Shown: positions 8,996 through 17,749 of the stretch, in pieces
Position numbering within the stretch: position 1 is the stretch's first letter
Layout: each line of letters begins with the position of its first letter
Assembly (NCBI GenBank): GCA_964360255.1
Contig: CAYHVK010000006.1
Span: 56,191 to 120,190, forward strand
DNA from: an uncultured Pseudobdellovibrionaceae bacterium
Lineage (GTDB): Bacteria > Bdellovibrionota > Bdellovibrionia > Bdellovibrionales > UBA1609
DNA length: 64,000 bases
Direction of reading: 5' to 3'
The notes under the pieces: model-generated
The model's input: only the letters and a program-made list of their open reading frames with translations
Databases searched by the model: none
Told to the model about the DNA's origin: nothing
Translations under genes and position numbers: made by a program

Positions 8996-9053
8996 GTGCC
9001 CGGTTACTTTTCGGTGCCGCATTGCCGCACCGAAAAGTAACCGGGCACCTTTT
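8996..9053. terminator. bidirectional rho-independent terminator (22-bp perfect stem)
   Basis: gtgcccggttacttttcggtgc (8996-9017), 9-nt loop, gcaccgaaaagtaaccgggcac (9027-9048), followed by cTTTT. Sits between convergent glmS and the OM barrel gene. Confidence 0.75.
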
Positions 9054-10224
9054 AGATATCGAGGCTCAGCTCGAGCATGTAGCGGCGAGATTCAGTTTTG
9101 GTATCAGATGTGCCCACTTCTTCGCCCCATGAGGCGAGATCAATTTCAAACCAACCTAGGCGAGCGCCGAAACCAGCGGTCCAATAACCTTGGTTAATAC
9201 CAGCTGACCAGTGACCCTTCCACCAGTTGAACATCTTCCAGTAGAATTCGGCTCCCGCATGAAGACCTTTTGTGAAAGTCCAATTACGGTGGCCTATATC
9301 ACGAACATCGAACGCAAATTTCGGAGTGAACACCCAGAATCTCGGGAGTTCAAATTTAGAGCCGAAGTCTACGCGTCTCTCAAGCTTTGGCGGCTCTGCC
9401 GGGTCTTCGTCATTCAAGATTTCAAATTGAACCGGAAAGCCGTAATCAGCAATGTTACGAACCACCATTGAGAATGTTGGCTTAGCATACTTACCAAAGA
9501 AAGTTTTCGGTTTGAAGTAAGGCACCCACATCATGCCGATATCCATATCGACAGTGAGGCCCTCAGCAGATTTTTTCTCATCAAAAATATTATCCGAATC
9601 TTCGGCAATCGTCGCCGAGCTGACCACATCACTATAATAAGCGCGGTGAAGAGCTTTCAGTGTAGCACCGAGGGCCACTTTGTGTTTGTTTGGAACCCAT
9701 TTTTCTTTTAGCTGACGTGCATAGCCATAAGCCAAAGTCGAATCGATGTACGCATTCACACCAAGCGCTGGACCTAACTGACGATTGATGGCGGCATCAA
9801 CTGAGACATCTGCAGGGATAAAAGCGATTCCCCAACGCGGGCGAACCCACATGGCACCGATGGTCGGTACGCGAGAATAAAGGTGCTCACCATAACGTTT
9901 TTCAATAGCAGCTGCGACGGCCTGATCGTCATCACCCGCTTTATCAATATCATCAGCAAAATCCATCCAATTATCACTAATACCAGCACGAAGAAAGAAT
10001 CTCACTTGGCCATCTTCGCGAAAAGCTAAAGCGGCTGGGTTGTAGAAAAGCGCACTGTGGTCGTCAACGACGGCAGTGTAGGCATTGCCCATTCCAAGAG
10101 CCCGTGTCGATGTGTACTCTTGATGAATCGTATAATCGGGGGCATTACCGGCCTTCGCCTGAGGCCCGATCAATAAAGTTGAAAACACTAAAAACACGAA
10201 AAAAAGCGGTGTGAGGCTTCTCAT
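9052..10224 (-). CDS. outer-membrane beta-barrel protein with FadL/TodX-like N-terminal hatch motif (paralog 1)
   Basis: Signal peptide ...LIGPQAKA. Motif TRALGMGNAYTAVVDDHSALFYNPAALA resembles the E. coli FadL N-terminus ([25 protein letters not shown]). Alternating beta-strand pattern. Shares the C-terminal W-x-A-G...ASWGEE..G....R-Y block with the two paralogs. Confidence 0.6.
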   Translation of the reverse strand: MRSLTPLFFVFLVFSTLLIGPQAKAGNAPDYTIHQEYTSTRALGMGNAYTAVVDDHSALFYNPAALAFREDGQVRFFLRAGISDNWMDFADDIDKAGDDDQAVAAAIEKRYGEHLYSRVPTIGAMWVRPRWGIAFIPADVSVDAAINRQLGPALGVNAYIDSTLAYGYARQLKEKWVPNKHKVALGATLKALHRAYYSDVVSSATIAEDSDNIFDEKKSAEGLTVDMDIGMMWVPYFKPKTFFGKYAKPTFSMVVRNIADYGFPVQFEILNDEDPAEPPKLERRVDFGSKFELPRFWVFTPKFAFDVRDIGHRNWTFTKGLHAGAEFYWKMFNWWKGHWSAGINQGYWTAGFGARLGWFEIDLASWGEEVGTSDTKTESRRYMLELSLDI

Positions 10225-10314
10225 TGCAGGAGATCCTTTTGCTAAAATAAAAAAGTCAGTTCGATCTAATAGAATTTTATATTCTTTAAAATTGTGTCGG
10301 GTATAATCATTTGC

Positions 10315-10974
10315 ATGTCTAAGCCTTTCCTTGCCGTTTTTTTGACCTTTGTCCTGCTATCATCGCCGTTCGCGTCGCGAATTGTGCTGGCGAAGCCTCA
10401 TGATAACGCTCCGAAAGACAAGATCGAGCAGGTCGAAGAGGAGACGGTGAGTCCTGAAACTTTAGATGCCCTTTCGGTGACGCCAGTGAAACCCTCAAGC
10501 TTTGAAGAGTATTCTCGGCAGTTTTCGCGAGCGGATTACTTTCATATTTATAAAAAAGCCATCACCGTGCGTGCCGGAGCCGTCTTCGGCTTTGAAGATT
10601 CATCTGATGATGAAGATTTGACCAACGCACTTCTTGGTTTCAGTTTTCTGCTGCCGCGCAAACGAAGTCCACAAGTTGAAGTAGGCGCCGATCTTTCAAC
10701 TGTGGGACACGGGCATCTCACCTTGATGTCCCGTCATATTTTTAACGAGCGCAGCAGCTTTCGCCCCTACTATCGTTATGGACTCATGCATAAGCTTGAC
10801 CCAGATAATAAATTTGCCAGCTTTTCGGACTGGGAGAATTATCTGGCGCGTTTTGGTTTTGGCTTTGAGAATTCTACGCGCCGAGCTCGCAGCTGGCGCA
10901 TCGAAGTGGAAGTTGCAGCCGGGATGGATGACATCCTCGGCTTTTTAACAATAGGTCACGTCTACTCGTTTTAA
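10315..10974 (+). CDS. small secreted/outer-membrane beta-barrel-like protein
   Basis: Signal peptide MSKPFLAVFLTFVLLSSPFASRIVLA. Ends in an aromatic residue (GHVYSF). Start moved to the ATG at 10315; the ORF track begins at 10294. Confidence 0.45.
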   Translation: MSKPFLAVFLTFVLLSSPFASRIVLAKPHDNAPKDKIEQVEEETVSPETLDALSVTPVKPSSFEEYSRQFSRADYFHIYKKAITVRAGAVFGFEDSSDDEDLTNALLGFSFLLPRKRSPQVEVGADLSTVGHGHLTLMSRHIFNERSSFRPYYRYGLMHKLDPDNKFASFSDWENYLARFGFGFENSTRRARSWRIEVEVAAGMDDILGFLTIGHVYSF

Positions 10975-10977
10975 AAA

Positions 10978-11652
10978 TTATGGTTTGATTTGATTGAGTA
11001 AAAGCTGCGCCAGCACTTGTAAGTCACCACCCGCACTGGCTTCTGCCGATGCGATATCTTTGCAGATTTGCTCGTCAACAGATTCACCTTTGCAATAAGA
11101 ATCAGCAAGTACAAGTGCGCTTGAGGCAATGCTTGTTAAGTCACACTCGCCCGGGTTTGTACCTGGGTTTGCAATACAGGCATCAATTTGTGCACTGATA
11201 TCCCCGCCGGCTTGTGAGCTCACCATGGTGCCGATTTGCACGAGGGCCGCGATTTTTAGTAATCCAGGAATACCCGTTTTTTCACAAAAATCGTAAGCGG
11301 CATTGGCTTCAGCTGTAGAAGACAAAGAAAGATTCTCAATGAGAACAGCCTCTTTTTCATTGGCAGCAGCATCGCTATGAAGCTTAAAAGCATCGACAAT
11401 TTTAGATGTAGTTAAGCCGCCCATGAAGAATGTAGCCGAGCAACGAATGGTATAAGCACCGGTACTCTCAATGCCGGATATTTTATCCATGCAAGCTTGA
11501 GCTTCAGCATCCGATGATGCATCTGTCAGATCGTTCAAACATTTTTGTGCCTTGGCCACTTTGTTGTCCTCTTCTTCTTCGCATGAAGAGAGAGTGGTGG
11601 TTACAATGGCTCCGCAAACGAGTAACACTAGAATTTTGGTAAGTTTATTCAT
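10978..11652 (-). CDS. Cys-rich alpha-helical lipoprotein (type A)
   Basis: MNKLTKILVLLVCGAIVTTTLSSC lipobox with a GGAGA SD upstream. Ala-rich mature part with about 10 Cys. The ORF track extends to 11706. Confidence 0.6.
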   Translation of the reverse strand: MNKLTKILVLLVCGAIVTTTLSSCEEEEDNKVAKAQKCLNDLTDASSDAEAQACMDKISGIESTGAYTIRCSATFFMGGLTTSKIVDAFKLHSDAAANEKEAVLIENLSLSSTAEANAAYDFCEKTGIPGLLKIAALVQIGTMVSSQAGGDISAQIDACIANPGTNPGECDLTSIASSALVLADSYCKGESVDEQICKDIASAEASAGGDLQVLAQLLLNQIKP

Positions 11653-11815
11653 GAAATCTCCGTTGATAGGATCATTATCATCATACTTGGTTTCAAATGT
11701 ATGCACGAGACTCGACCTTAAGCGTGTCTGGTTTTAAGACGTTATCTCGACAAAGATCCTATCAATAATGTCTCAATTTAATCCGATCAATGTGTACAGA
11801 CCCAAGGAAGGGTTT

Positions 11816-12919
11816 ATGAAAAATTATGGATTAACTGTTCTTACATTTTTTTATGCATTCAGTTTCGCGCAAGTTTGTGTCGCGACTGAGCGTTTTGAGT
11901 TCTACAATGGAATTCGCGCATTAGGCATGGGCGGAGCCACGATTGCCGTGGTGAATGACGAAACGGCACTCATTCAAAATCCGGCTGCTCTTGGCAAGCT
12001 TCGTGATTACTATTTAACGATTATTGACCCTGAGCTCGATATCAGTGCAGATACGCAAGCTGTTGTTGATTCAGATATTGCCGCATTTATGTCACCGCAA
12101 GACACACTTGATAAAATTAAAAATAAACCCAGTCGTCACATGTATCAGCGGGCTCAGGTCTTTCCGTCATTTGTTTTGCAAAATTTTGGTATTGGTTTTT
12201 TTGGTAAATACGAAACAGTGGCGTTCATAGACGAAACATCAGGCAATGTAGAGATGAACTACATCAACGATTTTGCGGCCGTGATGGGTTTTAACATTCG
12301 CCTGTTTGACGGTATTGTTAAGATCGGTGGCTCGGGTCGTCTTATCAATCGCACGACTTATATTCGTGATGATATTTTAACTACCGATACGAATCTGACT
12401 ATTGATAGCCAAGGTAAAGAGGGTGTGGGTGTCGGTGGTGATGTATCTTTGTTGTTAGCCGCTCCGATCACGTTCTTACCGACTTTGGCTGTAGTTTATC
12501 GTGATGTGGGCCACACTCGTTACGATATGGGTAGTGGCATGCTTCATAGTACCACTGACGAGCCCGACTCAACTCGGCCTACACTCGATGCGGCTTTCGC
12601 TTTATTCCCGATCATTGGTAAGACGTCGCGTATGACGATCACAGGTGAGCTTCGCGATATTATGAAGGCCACTGAAGATGGACTGAACGGTCGCCAAGAA
12701 GATGACATTCAAAGACGTATGCACGCGGGAATCGAATTTAATTTCAGCGATATTTTCTTCTTAAGAGCGGGAATGAACCAGCGTTACTGGACGGCCGGCA
12801 TGGAACTCGCCATTTTCAATTATCAACTTCAACTCGCTAGTTATGGTGAAGATATAGGTACGGCCGATGACCCAGAGGAGGATAGGCGATATGTTGCTAA
12901 ATTCGCATGGCGCTTCTAA
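11816..12919 (+). CDS. outer-membrane beta-barrel protein with FadL/TodX-like hatch motif (paralog 2)
   Basis: Start at MKNYGL (AAGGAAGGG SD). Signal peptide ...FSFAQVCVA. Motif IRALGMGGATIAVVNDETALIQNPAALG. C-terminal ASYGEDIGT...RRYVAKFAWRF. Confidence 0.6.
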   Translation: MKNYGLTVLTFFYAFSFAQVCVATERFEFYNGIRALGMGGATIAVVNDETALIQNPAALGKLRDYYLTIIDPELDISADTQAVVDSDIAAFMSPQDTLDKIKNKPSRHMYQRAQVFPSFVLQNFGIGFFGKYETVAFIDETSGNVEMNYINDFAAVMGFNIRLFDGIVKIGGSGRLINRTTYIRDDILTTDTNLTIDSQGKEGVGVGGDVSLLLAAPITFLPTLAVVYRDVGHTRYDMGSGMLHSTTDEPDSTRPTLDAAFALFPIIGKTSRMTITGELRDIMKATEDGLNGRQEDDIQRRMHAGIEFNFSDIFFLRAGMNQRYWTAGMELAIFNYQLQLASYGEDIGTADDPEEDRRYVAKFAWRF

Positions 12920-13757
12920 CCGCAGACTGAGTTTTGCGGTTCGATGCTTTTGTACATTCGTAATTTCTTTATCCACCGGATGTGGTGGCTCGAATATGTT
13001 TGAGACATTTGCCACTCAAGATGATGGCCCCTCACTCATTCGGTCAGTGAAAGATTCCCTGGCGAATCAAGATTACGCGGGAGCCGTAACTACCTGTGAG
13101 CTGATGGAGGCCGACGATGCTGATGATGAAGAGGCGCTCTACGTATGTGCTTCGGCTTATGCCGGAGTTTGTGGTTACGATCTTTTCGCAGTGATCAACC
13201 AAATTACTGCTTATAATGGTACGACTCCCTTAATTTTTGAATATTTCATGACACAAAATCATGGCGCTACTCTTGCAAAAGTTGATGCGTGTAATACGGC
13301 GCTAACTAAAATTCGCACCATAGGTGCTGCAGCAGATCGTACCGGTGATCAAAACTATCTCGCACTTTTTAGTGCCTTTACAAATATGGGTGTGATTTTA
13401 AATCTACTGGCTGATGCTACAGATGACGATGCTCCGGATGGAGGTTTCGACGCCTGCCTTGTGGGAAGCATGACCAATGCCCAAGCTACGCAATTTGGTA
13501 AAGCTCTTTGGGAGCTTTATCGTGCAACAGAAGTGATTAGCAGTGCTATGACTGAAATTTCAGATCTAAAAACTGCTTTAGATGGGGTGAGTGCAGCGAT
13601 AGATCTCATTGATCCTACATTGAATTTTCTTTTGGCGTCAGTAAATCCAGATAGTTTTACCGCGAACCAACTGAGGGGCATCCGTACTCTTATTAAAGAG
13701 GGTCAGGTGTTGGGGCTCAATTACTGCGCTGATTTTTTAACTTGTTTATGTCCGTGA
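12891..13757 (+). CDS. Cys-rich alpha-helical lipoprotein (type B, distant paralog of 10978-11652)
   Basis: Start MLLNSHG preceded by GAGGAGGA; overlaps the end of the upstream barrel gene by 29 nt. Lipobox ISLSTGC. Cys spacing and Ala-rich helices resemble the type A lipoprotein. Confidence 0.55.
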   Translation: MLLNSHGASNRRLSFAVRCFCTFVISLSTGCGGSNMFETFATQDDGPSLIRSVKDSLANQDYAGAVTTCELMEADDADDEEALYVCASAYAGVCGYDLFAVINQITAYNGTTPLIFEYFMTQNHGATLAKVDACNTALTKIRTIGAAADRTGDQNYLALFSAFTNMGVILNLLADATDDDAPDGGFDACLVGSMTNAQATQFGKALWELYRATEVISSAMTEISDLKTALDGVSAAIDLIDPTLNFLLASVNPDSFTANQLRGIRTLIKEGQVLGLNYCADFLTCLCP

Positions 13758-13776
13758 GGTTTGAAAGGGGTTTTAA

Positions 13777-14976
13777 ATTTTAAATAAGAATAAACTTCTT
13801 ATTTTAATTTCAGTTTTCTTGCTGAGTTTACCGCTCGGCAGGACCGCTTTTGCCCAACAGTATTTTGAAACTCACATCAATGCTCGCGCTCTCGGTCTAG
13901 GTAACGCTTTCTCAAGTTTAGTCGATGACGAAGAGGCACTTTTTTATAACCCAGCTGGTATAGCAAAAAATGGCGGTATTTTTTGGACGCTGGCTGATCC
14001 GCGCGCGGGTATTACAGACGTGACGGATCTGGCTGACAACATGGATGCCTTCTCTGATTTACAAGACGCAGCCACGTTCGGTACTGCGCTCACAGGCCTT
14101 TATGGCGAGCCTATTCTCGCTAATGGAGGAGCTAAAACATCAGTGATATTGCCCTTCTTCGCCGCCGCCTATTACATCGACTACGATGTGGGCTTAATGG
14201 TCGAAAACCCAGTGAGTCCAACTGTGACCCTCAATTATATTAAAGATACGGGTATCGCTTTCGGAACCGCATTCCCAATGGGACCTTTTATCCAAACCGG
14301 TTTTGTAGGGCGACGGGTGGAGCGTGAAGGGACGCGTGCGGCTTATGGTCCATCAGTGATTGCCGACATTGCGGCGGGCAATTCTACTCCAGATGTGATT
14401 TTCGATAATCTTGAAAATAAAGGTATTGGTTATGGTTTAGACTGGGGCCTCAATTTAACGATTCCGCTTCCGATACAGCCGACAATTTCATTTGTCTGGA
14501 AAAATATCGGTAATACGAGTTTCTCCCTTGATGAAGGCAGTAAAGCTCCACCAACAGAGAAGCAAGAGTGGGTCATGGGTGGTTCACTTATGGTGGACGC
14601 ATGGCTGGTTCATATTGCACCAAGTCTCGAATTCAAACATATGAATGACGACGAGGGACAACTCGGAAAAAAAATTCACTTAGGACTTGAAGTCGGGATA
14701 CCTTTCGTTGATCTTCGAGTGGGATTGCACCAAGGCTATCTTTCTTACGGCGTAGGATTAGATGTTGGTCCGATCACAATTGATGCAGCATCATGGGGAG
14801 TTGAACTTGGCGGATACCCAGGACAACTTGAAGCTCGACAGTACATGGTTCAAGCAACAATTCGTTTAGGTCTCGATTTTGGTTTCGGTTCAGGTGGCAG
14901 TGGCAAAAAAGACGGCGCCCCTGGTTCGGCCTCTAGCCGAGCTCCTTGGAGACAAAAGTTAAAACAACGCCGATAA
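13777..14976 (+). CDS. outer-membrane beta-barrel protein with FadL/TodX-like hatch motif (paralog 3); probable ATT start
   Basis: Motif ARALGLGNAFSSLVDDEEALFYNPAGIA. C-terminal AASWGVELGG...RQYMVQATIRLG. The track start (TTG 13819) truncates the signal peptide. The frame is open from 13777 (ATT, 6 nt after AAAGGGG), which gives (M)LNKNKLLILISVFLLSLPLGRTAFA|QQ. Confidence 0.6.
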   Translation: MLNKNKLLILISVFLLSLPLGRTAFAQQYFETHINARALGLGNAFSSLVDDEEALFYNPAGIAKNGGIFWTLADPRAGITDVTDLADNMDAFSDLQDAATFGTALTGLYGEPILANGGAKTSVILPFFAAAYYIDYDVGLMVENPVSPTVTLNYIKDTGIAFGTAFPMGPFIQTGFVGRRVEREGTRAAYGPSVIADIAAGNSTPDVIFDNLENKGIGYGLDWGLNLTIPLPIQPTISFVWKNIGNTSFSLDEGSKAPPTEKQEWVMGGSLMVDAWLVHIAPSLEFKHMNDDEGQLGKKIHLGLEVGIPFVDLRVGLHQGYLSYGVGLDVGPITIDAASWGVELGGYPGQLEARQYMVQATIRLGLDFGFGSGGSGKKDGAPGSASSRAPWRQKLKQRR

Positions 14977-14992
14977 AAGGTGTTCGTTTACT

Positions 14993-17749
14993 TTGTTAAC
15001 TCCTGTTTCAACACATCCCAGTTTAGATCGTCGGCAAAGACTTGAGTCGTTTAATCCGTCGGCTATGACATGGGTGGTTTCAGATCTTGAAACAAAACTC
15101 GATATTCAAACCGAACTTTTCAAACGCTACGATTTTTTACCTGAAGACGCTGTCTTGCGCGCCAGCGAACTTTGGCAGAAGATTTTTATTTTTCAACGCC
15201 CTGATTATTCAACGATCTCTCAAAGTCTTTTTGAAACCCTTCTGCAAGACTGGATGTCAAAGCGTGAAATCGAATGGGCGAAAGGAGCCGGCGCCGTCCG
15301 TGCTTTAGGTTTTCATCTTCAGCAGTTCTTGCCTTTGTTCTTAAGCGAGTCGCTCGATCAGCAGTTTCGTGATTGGCTCACCGAAAATCAAAATGCCTTA
15401 CTTCGTTTGGGATCTTGGTATTTTCTGGCGCGTGAAGCTTGGCAAGAGTTCGCTGAGAAAAAAATGGCCCCGGTCACCTGGATTCCCGCTTTAATGATGG
15501 ATACTCAAGGTTGGTCGCAAACCTGGCCGCGAGAATTTATTTTCGATTTAGAAGCCCAGCTGACGGGCGGAGAAGTTGAGATTATTAAAAATTTGGCGCG
15601 TGATCATGAAGTGCAAGTGATTGTGCCAGATACATCTTGGCGTAATAAACACTCGAAAGTTTTGTGGCCCTATTCAGTTTTACTTGATGAGGCCATACCG
15701 GTTCAGCGCTCGGCTTCGAGCGAACAAGAGACTTCGCATATTCAAATTCGTCGCTGGACGACTCCCATTGCTGAAGTTCAAGGCGTCACCGCACAGGTTC
15801 GCCAGTGGCTGGAGAGCGGAGTGCCCGCAGAGAAAATTGCCATCTTCGCACCAGACATCGAACTCTATTGGCCCAGTCTTAAAGCTTATTTCAAAGTTGA
15901 AGGTATCCCACTTCATAAAGATACTGTGACAGCTATTCAAAATTTCAAAGACGTCAGTAGCTGGGTGGCGAGACTGCGCGTGGATTCAAAGAATTTCGAA
16001 TCCACCGATTTACAAGGATCACTTTACGCGACGGCGACGCGAAAACCGAAGCTGAGTTTTTCTGAATTTCGCTCGCTCTACGCTAATATTTTTGACGAAG
16101 CCGATCTTGAGCGCAATAAAGAAATTCAGTCTTACTTCGATCTCTCGCTTTCGCATAAATCGTTGATTCGCCGTCGCGAGTTTATTGCGTGGGCTCTTCA
16201 GCGCTGGGATTTGGCTTTTACCTTTGATCGCTTAGAAAAAATCATCGCCATATTGATGGGTGAAGCCACGCCGCAGCTGCAGCTCACTCTCGGTACCTGG
16301 ATAGCCTACTTAGAAAAAATCGCCGCTAAACTTGAGGTGCGTATTGAATATGCGGCTTCTGACGCCGTGGCCTTTGTGAACTTCGGTGCAAGCTTGCAAG
16401 AGAAGTACGACAAGTGCTGCGTGATCGGTTTATCTGACGATGCGGTGAAAAGTAGCACCAATGCCGGTTTATCGACGGGTGATATTCATAAGATCGGAAA
16501 TGATCTTGGAGTTTATCTCGATCACCCCGATAAATCAGAAGCCGAGTTCTACGCCGACTGGGTCTCTTCATGTGTGCGTGAAGGCCGCGAAACAATTCTG
16601 TCATTTGCGGCCACGCAATTTTCAGGCGAGGCTCAGGCTCCATCTCTTTTTTGGTTAGAAGCGGCCTTAAAGAAAAATATTAAGCTCGATGAGTATAGCT
16701 TTAGCGAGCGAACACGTTGGCAAGAGAAGCAGCATTTGACGTTAGAAAAGCTGGGTGAAGCTTGCGAAATGGATGGCGCCTTAACTCAAGTTCTTAAAGA
16801 AGATTTAGCGCAAAAAGAAATCGAGCCTACAAAACTTTCGCGCAAGCCAAGCCTCTCGGCTTCGCAGGTAGAGCGTTACCTCACTTGTCCATTTATTTTC
16901 TTGGCCGAGAAAATATTTAAGCTTGAAGATTATGAAGAAGTGGATTTCGATATCGATCGCCGCTCGCGTGGGCGTTTGCAGCACGCCGTACTTGAAAGGC
17001 TTCTCGAGCCGCCAGTTCGCTATGATCAAAGCGAGAAAGAGATTTTAGCTTTAATCGATGAAATCAAAGTTAAGAATAATATATACGTTTCTGACGAGCG
17101 CTTATGGCCGTATATTCGCCGTCAGTATTTAAATTTAGCCGTGCGCTTTTTACAATTTGAAAAAGCTTACGCTTCGCAATTTCCGAAAAATAAAAACTTG
17201 GCTCGTGAACTTGATTTTGAAGTGGCCTGGAGTCCGTCCAAGAAAACTTTCATTCCTCGCGAGTCGATGACGGCTAATGATTATGTTTTTAAAGGTAAAA
17301 TCGATCGCATTGATGGTGATTCTGGCAAAGCCTACGTGGTGATCGATTATAAATCGTCAAAAACAGATAAAATTAAAAACGCTGACACTTGGGTTGAAAA
17401 TCAGCAGATTCAATTATCGCTGTACTCACAGATTGTTGAAGCGGGCCTTACGCGCTTGCCGAAAGCTCCGGTGATTGCGGCGTTCTATTATGTTTTAAAA
17501 ACCTTTGATCGCGGTTACGGATTTCATCTTTTAGAAATCGAGCCACATTATTTTGAAACCGAATCAAAACGTAAAAACAAACTGACCGGCGAAGCGAAAC
17601 ATAATATTTATTCAGAAACGGCTGAGCTCTTGCAATCAGTTGTGACGGGTATTGAAGAGGGGCACTTGCGCCCAGACCCTCGTGACAAAGACGAAGACTG
17701 CCCTAAATGTAAATGGAGGTCGACATGTCGAGCCCCCCATCTCATTTAG
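14993..17749 (+). CDS. addB: AddB-type helicase-nuclease subunit (PD-(D/E)XK nuclease with Fe-S cluster)
   Basis: 918 aa. C-terminal RecB-type nuclease motifs GKIDRIDGD...YVVIDYKSS. Four-Cys signature (YLTCPFIF plus DEDCPKCKWRSTC). Overlaps the addA start. Confidence 0.8.
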   Translation: MLTPVSTHPSLDRRQRLESFNPSAMTWVVSDLETKLDIQTELFKRYDFLPEDAVLRASELWQKIFIFQRPDYSTISQSLFETLLQDWMSKREIEWAKGAGAVRALGFHLQQFLPLFLSESLDQQFRDWLTENQNALLRLGSWYFLAREAWQEFAEKKMAPVTWIPALMMDTQGWSQTWPREFIFDLEAQLTGGEVEIIKNLARDHEVQVIVPDTSWRNKHSKVLWPYSVLLDEAIPVQRSASSEQETSHIQIRRWTTPIAEVQGVTAQVRQWLESGVPAEKIAIFAPDIELYWPSLKAYFKVEGIPLHKDTVTAIQNFKDVSSWVARLRVDSKNFESTDLQGSLYATATRKPKLSFSEFRSLYANIFDEADLERNKEIQSYFDLSLSHKSLIRRREFIAWALQRWDLAFTFDRLEKIIAILMGEATPQLQLTLGTWIAYLEKIAAKLEVRIEYAASDAVAFVNFGASLQEKYDKCCVIGLSDDAVKSSTNAGLSTGDIHKIGNDLGVYLDHPDKSEAEFYADWVSSCVREGRETILSFAATQFSGEAQAPSLFWLEAALKKNIKLDEYSFSERTRWQEKQHLTLEKLGEACEMDGALTQVLKEDLAQKEIEPTKLSRKPSLSASQVERYLTCPFIFLAEKIFKLEDYEEVDFDIDRRSRGRLQHAVLERLLEPPVRYDQSEKEILALIDEIKVKNNIYVSDERLWPYIRRQYLNLAVRFLQFEKAYASQFPKNKNLARELDFEVAWSPSKKTFIPRESMTANDYVFKGKIDRIDGDSGKAYVVIDYKSSKTDKIKNADTWVENQQIQLSLYSQIVEAGLTRLPKAPVIAAFYYVLKTFDRGYGFHLLEIEPHYFETESKRKNKLTGEAKHNIYSETAELLQSVVTGIEEGHLRPDPRDKDEDCPKCKWRSTCRAPHLI

